DNA of 64,000 nucleotides from Veleropilina oligotropha (Eukaryota): NCBI GenBank assembly GCA_048128005.1, contig JBEUKZ010000054.1, positions 1,364,001 to 1,428,000 of the forward strand, read 5' to 3'. Shown piece by piece: positions 13,831 to 25,600 of this stretch (position 1 is its first letter; each line of letters starts with the position of its first letter). The notes under the pieces were generated by a model. It saw only the letters and a program-made list of their open reading frames with translations, ran no database searches and was not told where the DNA came from. The position numbers and the translations under genes were made by a program.

Positions 13831-14346
13831 GTAAGTAGACTCCATCATGGATGAAATCACCAACAATCAGTCACCCAACTCGTGTGCATCCCTGATATAC
13901 ACAGTAAGTAGACTCTGTCTTGGATGAAATTGCTAACAATCAGTCGCCCACCTCGTGTGCATCGCTGATATACACAGGAAGTAGAATCTGTCTTGGATGA
14001 AATCACCAACAATCAGTTGCCCACCTCGTGTGCCTCGCTGATTTACACAGTAAGTAGTCTCTGTCTTGGATGAAATCACCAACAATCAGTCGCCCACCTC
14101 GTGTGCATCGCTGATATACACAGGAAGTAGAATCTGTCTTGGATGAAATCACCCACAATCAATCGCCCACCTCATGTGCCTCGCTGATTTACACAGTAAG
14201 TAGTCTCTGTCTTGGATGAAATCACCAACAATCAGTCGCCCACCTCATGTGCCTCCCTGATATACACAGGAAGTAGACTCTGTCTTGGATGAAATCACCA
14301 GCAATCAGTCGCCCAACTCGTGTGCATCGCTGATATACACTGTAAG
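13765..14346 (+). repeat. 73-bp tandem repeat (8 units) made from the 3' end of exon B plus its splice donor
   Basis: Unit AGACTCTGTCTTGGATGA...CTGATATACACAG(T/G)AAGT; the first unit is the real exon end. Confidence 0.9.
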
Positions 14347-14349
14347 CAT

Positions 14350-16880
14350 TAGTCAAAGGAAGCAGAAAGTTATGATTAATGGTAAGTTTTCAAATTGGGG
14401 GGAACAACTGCTGGTGTACCCCAGGGATCAGTCCTTGGACCACTTCTGTTTTTTTTTAGATTAGTGATATAGCAGATAGTATTAGTGGTGATGTCCGATT
14501 ATTTGGGGACGACACATCATTAATCATTATTCATCCACAGGATGTAGATATAACAGAATTCTTAAATAACGTCTTAGCTGCATTGTTTTGTTGGTCTAAA
14601 AAATGGCTAATTAAGTTTAACCAAAATAAAACGGTGTGAGATGAGATTTTCGCCCCCATGAAATATTCACCCCGGGTGAATATTTCATAGCGAAATCTTC
14701 ACCCCCATATGAAATTTTCACCCCCCCCCCCCGTGCAATTTCATGATGAAAGGCGCTGTGTGATTTAACCTTGAGAGGTGGATTAATTATATTGATTTTC
14801 ATCAAAAGGGATCTACATTTCACTAACTTCTGGCCCATGTTTGAAATCATCAAAAATTTTTCCACTGACAATTGAAGATGTGATAACAACAATTAGTTTT
14901 GGTGACCACTTCTTTTGAATTAAAATTAAGAATGATAATACTTTGATTATTCCAACTATTATTAAAGATTTACACAGTTTATTAGAAGATGCGACCCGAA
15001 ATATTTTTGATATACACAATGTCATGTTTATATGCATATATCTTATACTAATTATTGTAATATGCATGTTTATATGCATATATCTTATACTAATTATTGT
15101 AATATGATGAATATAGTTTAACATAAAATAATCACAAATCACATAAAAATAATGTTGTTGTTATACATGTACCTGACATTGTAATCTCTAGTAGGGCATA
15201 CATCTATTGTTATAATCTGTAATTAAGTGTAAACATCTTCAATTCGCTGAAATCGAATGATAAATTAATTCAGCAATATACACTTTGGAAAATGTCTTAC
15301 AATATCAAAAGTTCATTGATTACAAATGAACTTTATGCATGTAATCCCCAAGTTGGTTTGTAGTAATTACTTTAATTGTTTTCATTTTGTCAACATTTTC
15401 CTTTGAAATCAAGTTACTTACAAATTACAGCAAGAAAACACGAACAATGCAAGCAACCAGTGTTAGTTGGTTGATTGATTTCATTGAACTTACAAATATA
15501 GTAAAATTGAAAACCTTACGCATTTAATACTAGCATACAAGATGCAATCAAATATTATTATGTTCATGTCAAAACCTCACCAAATACTACAGACCATGTT
15601 TACATTTATTTTGCTTCACATAATACCAGATACCTCAAAAAGTACATTGTCAGAAAAACTAACGCGTGTCATAACAAGACAATGTAAAATATGTATTAAA
15701 GGAAATTTCTGTTTTTTAGAGATGTTATTGGGGGGTGAAAATATCATAGGGGGGGTGAAGATTTCGTTATGAAATATTCACCCGGGGGTGAAATTTTCAT
15801 AGCTTTTCTATGAAATATTCACCCCGGGTGACTATTTCATGGGGGTGAAAATTTCATATGACAACGGAATACTTATTTATAACCAGGGCTAAAAATGAAA
15901 TTAAACCGCGACCGAAAATGAACGGTGAAATTATAAAGTTAGTAAACACCCATAAGCATCTGGGAGTGACTCTGAACAGCTCTGCTACGTGGAATGATCA
16001 TCTGCAAGAAATCTTGACAAAACATCCCTGCGAATTGGTATACTCAGAAAATACAAATACTCATTTAGTAAAATAATTTTGAAGCTTATTTATATTGCTT
16101 TCATACGACCTTTATTAGAATATTGTTCAATTGTTTGGGATGACTGCACTGCTAAATGGTCGGACAATATTGAGGGAATTCAATTTGAATGCTTAAGTAT
16201 TATAACTGGCATGCCAATGTGGTGCTTAAGGGACTGTTTATTACGGGAAGTTGGTATTTGTACACTGAAAGAGAGACGTTACCAACAGAGACATATAACA
16301 TTTTTATAACATTTTAAACGGTGAATGTCCAAGATTTCTATCGGTTATGATACCACCTTCCCGAAGTGCACGCAATCCTTACAATAGTAGAAACCAGCAT
16401 TTGTTAACCCTTATTCCAACCAGAACTGACTCATTCAGACAGTCGTACTTCCCAAGAACGATAAGAGATTGGAATTCTTTAAATACTATCATACAAAAAT
16501 TCTACATCTTCTTTTGTATTTTCGAAAAAATTAAGATGTCATCAACCATTTAATATGCACTTCAGCTTTGAACTTGATCGTAAATCTGCAATATTGCATG
16601 CCCGGTTGAGAAATAACTGCTCAACTTTGAATAAACACTTAGCACGTTTGAATGTCACAAATAGTCCTGAATGCGTCTGCGGTGCACTCAATGAGGACGA
16701 AGAACATTATTTTATTTATTGTCCATTATTTTAGGCCGAAAGACATCATTATTTTGCACTTCTAGGAAATATGTCAATAGGAAATTTACTATTTGGTTCT
16801 CCGGCTGCTACTGTTGCCGAAAACATCGAAATATATCATCAGGTTCAGGGATTTATTAGGGCTACCCACCGCTTTTAATT
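14350..16880 (+). pseudogene. Decayed LINE RT and 3' region, split by a DNA transposon
   Basis: GVPQGSVLGP-like at ~14413, RPLLEY and SYFPRTIRDWNSL, multiple frameshifts; removing the insertion and one TSD restores FNQNKTEYLFIT. Confidence 0.75.
14635..15863. mobile_element. Non-autonomous Ginger-like DNA transposon
   Basis: TGT...ACA termini, imperfect TIRs with subterminal GAAATxTTCACCCC repeats, 4-bp TSD ACGG at 14631-14634 and 15864-15867. Confidence 0.7.
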
Positions 16881-17038
16881 TTAAATAATAATAGTAATTA
16901 GACATTTATATTTACAATTGAACTGTTTTTCAAATTACGAAAATATTGTTTTACTTCGATTTAATGTACAAATTACCTGCATTACATTTATTGTGCATCT
17001 ATAAAAGTACATCAAAACAAGTATATGACAATATTTTG

Positions 17039-17179
<141 letters not shown>

Positions 17180-18027
17180 TTGCCTCTTACAGTTAATACT
17201 AATATACCATTATTATATCAAGCAAAATGGCTAACATAGGCATGACCTGCTGTCAGATTGCTTAGCAAGGCATTTGTATGTATATCTGATCATTTGTGTA
17301 TTGCAAAATAAATATTATTTAAACTAAGCATTAGACAAAATGCATATGTCGCCATACTATGCTTTATGTATAGGTTATACCACGAGGTTTGGTTGTACAT
17401 GTATAATCGAAAACGTCTGCAGTTAAACCATGAGTTGTTTAACTGCACAGGCTTTTTCGATTAGATAGCACAAACCAAGTGATATAACCGGTTGCAAAAG
17501 TGTACAAAAAATTAAAATATATGAATTTATTAACATAATGCACCAATTTTTGTCTCGCATGCAACACAAATGCGAGTCTATGCAATGAACATGTCGTCTG
17601 TCCATTCGTCCGGCCGATCGGCATTAACAATTGGTTCTTCTGTTAAAGTTTCTCAATCATGCTATTTGAGCAACAATATGCATGTTTTAGCATTACTACA
17701 CGCTAGATATAACTATTTCATTGTTACCTGACACTAAATAAATAATATTGAAGGTTGTTTTAATCCAATTTTACCATAAAATGCTGCCTTTGGACAGAAA
17801 ATTTTGTTAATTTAGAAGTTTTTGGTTCGAGTTTCTCAATCATGCAGTAAAAGCAAAAATATGCATGTTTTAACATTAACAAATATTATATATCACTATT
17901 GCATTGTGTATATTGTTCTCATATGGACAATGTACTGATTTATATATCAATTAGTGATGTAATTAGGTATATACATATTTACTAAAGCAAAGGTGCAATC
18001 CTCATTTCTGCTTTCTCTTCATTTTAG

Positions 18028-18075
18028 TCTGGTACAACGGGTAACCCAAAAGGCGTGATGATTAGCCATGACAAC
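18028..18075 (+). CDS. ACSBG2: ACSBG-like internal exon C (SGTTGNPKGVMISHDN)
   Basis: Polypyrimidine tract plus AG acceptor, GTAAGT donor; completes the YT-SGTTGxPKG AMP-binding signature of adenylate-forming enzymes. Confidence 0.85.
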
Positions 18076-19426
18076 GTAAGTATATATCGTGTTTTGGGGC
18101 CACGACAACGTAAGTATATGCTATTATAGTATTGACTCAGCCATGACAACACAAATATATCGTGCTATCTCAACCATGACAACTAAGTTTATTGTTTTGC
18201 CAGCTGCATTATAATAATCTCTCTTTGCGATTTTTGACTTATTATAATTACTTTCGCGCTGCGAAGGGACGTTTCATCCGGTCATTCGACTATTTCTAAA
18301 GTAATAATATTAGGGTTTTTTATCTATCTGTGTATTTGACTGCGGTCCTAATGCTTGATTATCAGTACCGGGTCCGCCAACTATTAATCAGGTTACTATA
18401 TGCTATTAGGTATGTTTGTTGCTTGCTTGGGACAATATACAGCAGAAGCCCATTATCCAAACCCTTTTTATCTGAACCTTTTTTCAGAACTAACTTCATG
18501 TCCCCCAAAATATCGGCTTTAGGGCAAAATGGAGGTCAATTATAATGTGTTTTACTGACAACCATTTTATTTTCTGGTTTAAACCGTTTTGTAATTACAT
18601 GTTCTGTTGATGTTCGCGAGCTTAATTCAGTGTTTTAATAACAATATAGAATGTTTAGTACAAATACAGTGTCAGTCATAATCCCCGATTAAGGCAGTCG
18701 CAGCAGCAGGGGGGGTCAGTAGACTTTTTAGAATGGAAAAATAAGGCTCCCAGCACTATTTCAGAACTGAGCTGGTATTACTGAGGGGGGCTAGGGAGTT
18801 AGGGTGGGGCCCGGGGGTGGGGGCTCCCAGCACGTGTTCAGACCCGAGGGCATAGCGTGTATTACAAAAAGTCACCGTGTGTACAGAGCAGGTAGCTTAT
18901 GATAGTCTATGTGTCAATGGTATTGTGTCAATGGTGTATTCATAGCCCGTGGCTGACCTAGTGCTCCAGTTATCGAGAAGCCACGTGACCATGACTCAAC
19001 GAGATTACTGTCCACCACGTAAACAAGGGGACCGATTTTTTTTTTCTGTGCTAAACGGAAGTTTGGGGACCAAGATTTTTTAACTGTGCCAAAATCTTTT
19101 TTTTCTGGGTCACCAACAGCTAAATACGTATCCGACAGCTTGCGACTTCTGTGCTACGAGAAATGCATTAGACAAAATCGATTTTTAACTGGGTCAGCCA
19201 GCCAGAGTATTTCTAAAGACTCGGCATAGCCAGGTATTTCTAAAGGCGAAGCGCTTGCTTCTATTCAAGTAATTGCGGGCAGGGGGAATCCCCGAGATAC
19301 GCGAAGCGAAACGCTATGCTGTACTGGATAGTCAACAATAGACAGCCGGCCGGCTATATATTTATATATAACAGCTGCTTGGGAATACTGAAAATATATT
19401 GTAAGGCAGGGAATTCCCAAGCACTG

Positions 19427-19846
19427 TTATATAAATATATAGTTGCCCGATGTTAAAGTGCAATTACATGGCGAGATGTGCCCGATCTGATTCCACGAAC
19501 CCCTGCAGTCGGTAGACAGCATCGAAAAGTACTGCCCATGCTTCCCGCGACATAAGGACGGCTCGGCGCATTCGATGCATACAACAGTATTGGGATCTGG
19601 GCCACAGTAATTCTCTCCATCGGTAACATAGTAGTGACATGCAGGTGCCCGAACTGGAGGTGGGTCTCCCAGGCGTAGTAGCAGGTTCCTTCGGAGGGGG
19701 TCAAACCGGGCGTTATACCTGGGATGATTTCGGTACCTAGCCCACGTATGTTCCAGAATTAATGCAGTGTTGTGTGTCGACGTCTGGGTGGAGATACCCC
19801 CTAGCCAGCACACCGCGGCAATGCACAGAAGTAGCATGGATTTCAT
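19427..19846 (-). CDS. Putative secreted cysteine-rich protein
   Basis: Hydrophobic N-terminal signal-like segment; 8 Cys in the C-terminal half; homolog at 39165-39596. Confidence 0.75.
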   Translation of the reverse strand: MKSMLLLCIAAVCWLGGISTQTSTHNTALILEHTWARYRNHPRYNARFDPLRRNLLLRLGDPPPVRAPACHYYVTDGENYCGPDPNTVVCIECAEPSLCRGKHGQYFSMLSTDCRGSWNQIGHISPCNCTLTSGNYIFI

Positions 19847-19928
19847 GGTTGTCCAGATATCACTGTCGATTTCTAGCTTTAATACGGGGGAGGAGGGGGG
19901 TAGTCGTGGCTACGCTCAACCTGGATAG

Positions 19929-20564
19929 TTAGTCGCCAGCTCCGATTTTTTTCAGCAGCTCCGCGCGACCCTCTAAACGACCACGCTCAATAAGCTCGCT
20001 CTGGGGCTGTGAAATCGCGGTGTGCGCCTTCCTACTCTTATCCCGAATTGATGCCTTCATGGCTTGGTATTTCTCCATCTCCCCTGTGACCAGTTGGAAT
20101 TCATCATCAGACATCACCCCATCCGCTAAGGCCTTTGAGACGTGGTCGGTTATGGTATTCAGCTTGCTGTCGGCCAGTACTCGAATCTCGTCGTGTTTCT
20201 TAGCCTTAACCTGGAGGCGCCGGCTGATATATTTCCCACCCATGCTAGCGAGGCCACACCCTAATGCCGCTAATTCCAGCACTAGGACAACAGGTGCGGC
20301 AACGATCGTGGAAAGTAGACCAATTCCAGCGCTACCCATACCGAGGGTGGCGACGACTAGTCCGTTATCGATCCCGTCAACGACGTTAACGCCTCGGCGG
20401 TATTTTTTATATAGTGCAGCTCTTGTGTCTCTCTCTCGTTCTAACTGTCCCTGAAGCTCATTCACTTTTTGCAGTCGGAAAGACTGTGCCTCCGGAACTT
20501 CCGAAAGCACATCGCCATCAAGCTGTGGGTACAGCGTTGGCGCTGATGGCTTGCTGTCCATCAC
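19929..20564 (-). CDS. Membrane protein with N-terminal PSAP/LYPxL motifs and coiled-coil flanks
   Basis: PSAPTLYPQL; central hydrophobic hairpin; conserved in copy 2. Confidence 0.75.
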   Translation of the reverse strand: MMDSKPSAPTLYPQLDGDVLSEVPEAQSFRLQKVNELQGQLERERDTRAALYKKYRRGVNVVDGIDNGLVVATLGMGSAGIGLLSTIVAAPVVLVLELAALGCGLASMGGKYISRRLQVKAKKHDEIRVLADSKLNTITDHVSKALADGVMSDDEFQLVTGEMEKYQAMKASIRDKSRKAHTAISQPQSELIERGRLEGRAELLKKIGAGD

Positions 20565-20941
20565 AATACTACGTGGCTGTATTGTTCAGCCTGTTGATTC
20601 CCCATGTCTACCGTTACGTTCAAATACATGGTCCCCACCCACGGGGCCTTGATGATGAAGGCGAGGGTCAACCTGTCCGAATTCAGGCCAAGCTTACTTA
20701 TGGAACATGCTTTGGGGCCCCCGGCGGGCTGGACCGGCGTCAGGTGGATCATTAGGAGGGCTGGGTTTAACCCAAACCGACCTCCAGCGTTTGGGATCAT
20801 GAACTCCCTCTTCGCCAGCCCCTTCTTGGGCGCTTCCCCACAATTAAGAACGAAGTGCCACCGGGTTGGGGAAGAGGGCTCATCTGCAAGCAGGGGGAGG
20901 GGGGGAGGGTCCCATAGATGCTGGCGCTCATTGTATCGCAA
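20561..20941 (-). CDS. Hypothetical viral protein (start uncertain)
   Basis: Homologous ORF at 40311-40661, packed between its neighbours. Confidence 0.55.
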   Translation of the reverse strand: MRYNERQHLWDPPPLPLLADEPSSPTRWHFVLNCGEAPKKGLAKREFMIPNAGGRFGLNPALLMIHLTPVQPAGGPKACSISKLGLNSDRLTLAFIIKAPWVGTMYLNVTVDMGNQQAEQYSHVVL

Positions 20942-21665
20942 GGACTGCGGTAATGGGCATGCCGTGATTGTCTAGCAGGTTACCATCTGCATCTGTGACA
21001 TACACCTTCAATTCGGTGAGTGACCCGGCCTGTAGTCGCCGGCCGGCGGGGTAGCTCTGATAATGGCCAGCCTCGCCGAATATCTGCGACATGATAGGGA
21101 CCACCGTGAGAATATTGCTCGGGGCGCCGTCCTTCACATTGTGTGTCGTACTGAGCTGTTCCAGGTGAATGTGCAGGGTCGGCGCTATGGCAAACCCGAC
21201 AGGCTTGTTCCCGTCATAAGTCCCAGGGCGTAGCCACTCGGATCTCTCCGGAGGGGGAGGTCGGCCCCCCTGTACTCCAATGGGTGGGTTCAGATTCCCC
21301 GATTTATCGAGAATGAACGAAGAAAGGTCTAAGCCTAGGAGTTTCCTGATATCGTCGCTTATCGCGAGTCGGGTCCCCTCTGGGACCACGATTCGGGCGA
21401 GCCCTGTAGCATGGCTTACGTCTAGCTGTATGTTCTTTAGCGACCTCTTCATCGTCTTGGCGAGGTCATCGAAGCTGTAGAAACCTGGCGGCACCTCGAC
21501 CGTGGTATCAGGGGTCTTAAAGAAGGCTCCGGTGTGCACGTTGTGCCAGCCGACCCAATAGTCGAGCGACTGCAAGCTGACACATAGCTTGCCCTCCCGG
21601 TTATCAATCGGTTGAAGGAGGGCAACCGCGGTCCCATCTTGAACACTCGTTAATGTATGGAACAT
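20928..21665 (-). CDS. Putative minor capsid (penton, single jelly-roll) protein
   Basis: 245 aa, beta-rich; VPPGFY and the C-terminal LKVYVTDADGNLLDNHGMPITAVL pattern recall Polinton PX/penton proteins; conserved in copy 2. Confidence 0.7.
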   Translation of the reverse strand: MFHTLTSVQDGTAVALLQPIDNREGKLCVSLQSLDYWVGWHNVHTGAFFKTPDTTVEVPPGFYSFDDLAKTMKRSLKNIQLDVSHATGLARIVVPEGTRLAISDDIRKLLGLDLSSFILDKSGNLNPPIGVQGGRPPPPERSEWLRPGTYDGNKPVGFAIAPTLHIHLEQLSTTHNVKDGAPSNILTVVPIMSQIFGEAGHYQSYPAGRRLQAGSLTELKVYVTDADGNLLDNHGMPITAVLAIQ

Positions 21666-21672
21666 AGTAGCT

Positions 21673-22950
21673 ATGGCTAAGAGCGCCTTTGCGTTTAATA
21701 GGAGTGCGGCCTATCCGAGAGGTGTGGTGTACCCAGCACAGATCAAAGATGAGCAGCTTACGAGACCAAGCATCAATGTGGGTAATAGCTCAACCACTGC
21801 ATTCGGGGCAGACTATCCCGACGTATTTCAAAAGTATCGCCTCCCACATGTCGCGAGTGACCGACTGATAAGGGCTTGGCAGACCACGCCGATGCAGTTC
21901 TGGCAGAACAAGGTCAATTTCGCAGTCTGGTGTGCTACAACAGGTTCCGGGATCTCCTCAGAAGACCACTTGAATGCTACTGCAGCCCTCTCCACTGCTG
22001 TATTCACCTTCCACGTATACTATCAGGTCAGAAGGATCTTGACCGAGATTCAGGCCCCGCTGCCTCAAGACGTGACGTGGGATGCATTCGACACCCCGTA
22101 TGACCAAAGGGCATATGAAAAGATCTGCAGCGAATTCGGAGTGTCCCCACATACCGACTGGCGTGTCAAGGGTCCCAACGGCGGACTAGGCGCCGCTTAC
22201 AGCTACTGGACGAACAACGGCTACCACCCCATCAGACGTGAGTATGATCCAAGCCGAATGTCCTTCACCAAAGGTACGACCAACACGAATCTGCACGTGG
22301 ACTACATCGCGCAAGCGCCTGCGCTTTCAAACGGCTGGGCTTCCTTTATTCTGGACAAGTCGGCGGGATTCACGAGGGCCGGCGTGGAGAGGCTCAATGA
22401 CTCCATCAGGACCTATGTCTGGGCGATTCTTGGAGCGCAGGCGCAGACACGTGCAAGTATTCTGGGGAGTGGGACGGCATTTGACGCACAGAAACAGTTT
22501 CTGGCCGACGTCGAAGACGCCATCGCATCGCCAGTGGACCTCCCATCAGCCATCAAACGGTACCAGGACGTTTTGCAGTATGCCAGGTCCAAGGTCGACT
22601 TCGTATTCGGCGTCGGCCTGTACATGGCGCCAAGTAACATGCTTCTACGGATCGGGCAGGTGGCTGGTTATAACAACGAGATCGTCGTCGCCACGGAAGA
22701 CCAGACCCTAGGTCTTAATATGACGGTGAATGCGGCCAGTGTGCCGCTCAACGCCACTGGGGGTACTGGAGAAACAGGATTGGTTATTCCACAAGACGCA
22801 GATGCAAGCATACCGGTAGTCACTCTGAAGCATCCAAACGCTGAGCTGGCTGTAGCTGTTCCAGCGGTAGCTGTGGCACATGACGAGGAGAAAACCGCAC
22901 TTATCGTGGGCGGCATTGTCGTTGGCCTAGCGTTCATCTGGCTTACGTGA
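21673..22950 (+). CDS. Hypothetical 425-aa protein with a C-terminal membrane anchor
   Basis: Long ORF ending ALIVGGIVVGLAFIWLT; the 5' half is conserved in copy 2. Confidence 0.7.
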   Translation: MAKSAFAFNRSAAYPRGVVYPAQIKDEQLTRPSINVGNSSTTAFGADYPDVFQKYRLPHVASDRLIRAWQTTPMQFWQNKVNFAVWCATTGSGISSEDHLNATAALSTAVFTFHVYYQVRRILTEIQAPLPQDVTWDAFDTPYDQRAYEKICSEFGVSPHTDWRVKGPNGGLGAAYSYWTNNGYHPIRREYDPSRMSFTKGTTNTNLHVDYIAQAPALSNGWASFILDKSAGFTRAGVERLNDSIRTYVWAILGAQAQTRASILGSGTAFDAQKQFLADVEDAIASPVDLPSAIKRYQDVLQYARSKVDFVFGVGLYMAPSNMLLRIGQVAGYNNEIVVATEDQTLGLNMTVNAASVPLNATGGTGETGLVIPQDADASIPVVTLKHPNAELAVAVPAVAVAHDEEKTALIVGGIVVGLAFIWLT

Positions 22951-24286
22951 TCCACTGTCTAGCGGCAATAAGAAGCAAACCCCCAACAGATATAATCACA
23001 GCCCACAGATTCTCGGCGAGCCACGACGCAGTCTTGCCAACCAGATTGATTAGCCAGGAAATCAGGCTTCCAAGTATTCCAGGGAGCGCGGCTGCAGCCT
23101 TCCCCGCTAGTTTGCCTAGAATCCGTCCCAGGTTCCGCAGCTGCTTTTTGACCCACTCCTTGACCCCCCCCCCCTGACCACTGGGAGGTGGTGGTGTTGG
23201 TGCGATGCTCGGCGCTCCGCCTGTCAGGGCTAGTACCAAAGTCGAGATGGCCAACCCAATAGCGGTCAGTATGGTTGCGATCGTAACCCCTTGCTCTCGG
23301 AAGAGGGTCCGAATACGCTCGGCCAGCGTTGTGTCAGAGTGGAGAATCCGATCTAGCATCTCTCGGATCCGGCTGATTTGAGAGCGTAGGGCCTCCCGGC
23401 TGGATCCGGCTGCCTCGAGGCGAGCTGCTCGTTCATCGTTTAAGTTGCGCAGACGTTCCGCAATCCGTCGACGTACAAAATCTTCCACACCGCCCGCTTC
23501 ATCTGCCTGATCGAGCTTGCTCTTCTCCAGCTCTATGTGTTCATCCAGCGCCGTTAGTTTGGCTAAGTTGTTAGTGAGCTCGCCTCGAATGGTCTGCATC
23601 GCCTTGTCCAGCCCACGAAGCTCACGAAGATTGAATGGAGGGGGGGTCCCCCTCCACCGAGTTCAAGAACTCTTCAACTTCAGTGTCGGTGAACTCCGTC
23701 TCCATGTTGTGGATCGCTGCTGAGGCCGTTGTCGCGGTCTGCCCCAAGTCCTGCAGTTCTACGTTTTCGACATTGGCCGCCGCACCGCTCTCAACTCATT
23801 GTTGGCTGTCTGCAGAGCTGCAACCGCTTTTGAGGACAGCTTTTGTCCCCCTTTCCCCCGCTTCTCTGGCCGCGTCCAGTGTTCAAAACCCAACCCCTTT
23901 CTGATCGCTTTACCCCCACCTCTCCGGTTAGCTAGTGTTGACAAAGCATTGGGTTTTTTCGTTCTAGAATTGATGAGATCGATGTTTGGAAAATCCTTCA
24001 GCCGCAATCCCTCCTCCTCGACATACTCGAACTGGGCATAATCACGATACAGGGGCGGGGTCTGCCCCTCCTCCAACAGGGCTTCGTAGTAGCCATCAAC
24101 CGCGTCCTTCACTAACTCTTGCCGCTGACTGCTGGTTCCTTCCTGTGGCCGTTCCGAAAGAACAGGCTCAATCCAGTCCGTGGATCCAACCTCACCATCA
24201 TCGTCGACGATGTCGGGCTCGAATGTGGGGTTCTCAAATTCCGCCATTTGGATACTCAAGCTGGGATACGCATCTAAATCAGCCAT
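22943..24286 (-). pseudogene. Coiled-coil membrane protein, apparently frameshifted near 23790 and 23640
   Basis: Likely start MADLDAYPS inside ORF 23759-25045; continues through frame changes into ORF 22943-23599 (coiled coil plus several hydrophobic helices). Confidence 0.55.
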
Positions 24287-24295
24287 AGCGACAAC

Positions 24296-25600
24296 ATGGC
24301 CAGCACGTATGGACGCACGTTGAATCCATACCGCAGACTTCGAGAGCCTCTTGGGGTGAAAGGGGTCTGCCAGTCGGTCACGATAATGAACAACCCATCC
24401 ACTATTGCTGCGAACCAACAGCTGTTGGTTCGGTTCCCTAATCTCGGGACTCACGACGTGATCGTGCCAGGGATGGCCCACCTCGCATTTACCATTTCTC
24501 TGACCTCGGCTAACCCGAACAGAACTGTAGTTCAGAATATCGGACGCGCCGTGATCAAAAAGACCACGATTAAGATTAGTGGGAACGAAGTCATGTCTAT
24601 AGATGACTCCGACGTGTACCACTGCTACTGCGATCTCTGGAAGACTGCAGGGGAGCGCAATAATGCCCAATATCAGGGTATTGATACCAGCGACAGCCAC
24701 AACACTACGAAGAACCGTGTCGGCGCTGAGGGCGCATTCAGACGTTCTGAGGACACAGCTATATCGGACGCGTACGGCCCAAGGTTTCGCATCCCGCTGG
24801 ACTTCGAGTTGCTGGAGAGCCACATGCCGTTCTACCAAAGTGCGTTGGGGGACCGTCTTGAGTACGAGCTTACGTTCAACGACTACTCCCGGACAATCAG
24901 GGACACCGATGACCCCAGCTCCAGCTACGTCATCGACAATATCAGCCTGGAATACGACATGGTCACTAATCTTGAGCTTGCCAGATCGATAAAAAACCAA
25001 TACTCGGGCCGCCTCGTGATCCTGTACGATCGTGTCCTGCGGCATCGTAAGATTACGAGAGACAAGAGTGACACTTTGTGGAATTTAAATTTGAATGTAC
25101 CGGCGAAATCCATGAAGGGTATCCTATTTCTGTTCGAGGATCCCGCGAGAGACGCCGCACCATTCGCGAGGGACACCGAGGCCTTCTACAATCCGAAGAT
25201 CACAAAGGTCGAGGTCACTATTGAGGGTGTGCCGAATCAACTGTACAGCCAGGGCATGCGTTCCTACCAGATGTGGGACGAAGCCAGGAGATTCTTCGCC
25301 TCCTCTCCGATCAGCAAACGCCATCCTGAGGTCGCGTTGGTTGCCAAGGACTTGGCGCTGGCGGACGTCACCCTGGGCGAGTTTCTGACGAAAAAGTTCG
25401 CACTCTGGATCGACCTGCGCGTAACCGACGACGACGAGCTGCATGGGTCAGGCCGGAAAGTAGATAACGCCAGCGAGGGCATTACGATTCAGATCACGAA
25501 GACAGGCGAAGCCGCCGGCCCGTTGAATGTCTACATGTTCGTGATAATGGACGCGCAGCTGCATATTGAAAATGGCCGATTTGTCACCGCGCTGTACTAG
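24296..25600 (+). CDS. Putative double jelly-roll major capsid protein
   Basis: 434 aa, beta-strand-rich, directly upstream of the packaging ATPase; size and context match Polinton-like MCPs. Needs a profile or structure check. Confidence 0.72.
   Translation: MASTYGRTLNPYRRLREPLGVKGVCQSVTIMNNPSTIAANQQLLVRFPNLGTHDVIVPGMAHLAFTISLTSANPNRTVVQNIGRAVIKKTTIKISGNEVMSIDDSDVYHCYCDLWKTAGERNNAQYQGIDTSDSHNTTKNRVGAEGAFRRSEDTAISDAYGPRFRIPLDFELLESHMPFYQSALGDRLEYELTFNDYSRTIRDTDDPSSSYVIDNISLEYDMVTNLELARSIKNQYSGRLVILYDRVLRHRKITRDKSDTLWNLNLNVPAKSMKGILFLFEDPARDAAPFARDTEAFYNPKITKVEVTIEGVPNQLYSQGMRSYQMWDEARRFFASSPISKRHPEVALVAKDLALADVTLGEFLTKKFALWIDLRVTDDDELHGSGRKVDNASEGITIQITKTGEAAGPLNVYMFVIMDAQLHIENGRFVTALY

Noticed and set aside
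13765..14346. Possible CRISPR-like array
   Set aside because: The units are contiguous copies of exon sequence with no unique spacers; there are no cas genes and the context is eukaryotic.
23759..25045. 428-aa minus-strand ORF as a single gene
   Set aside because: Its first ~250 codons are antisense to the capsid gene; only the part from MADLDAY (24286) looks real.
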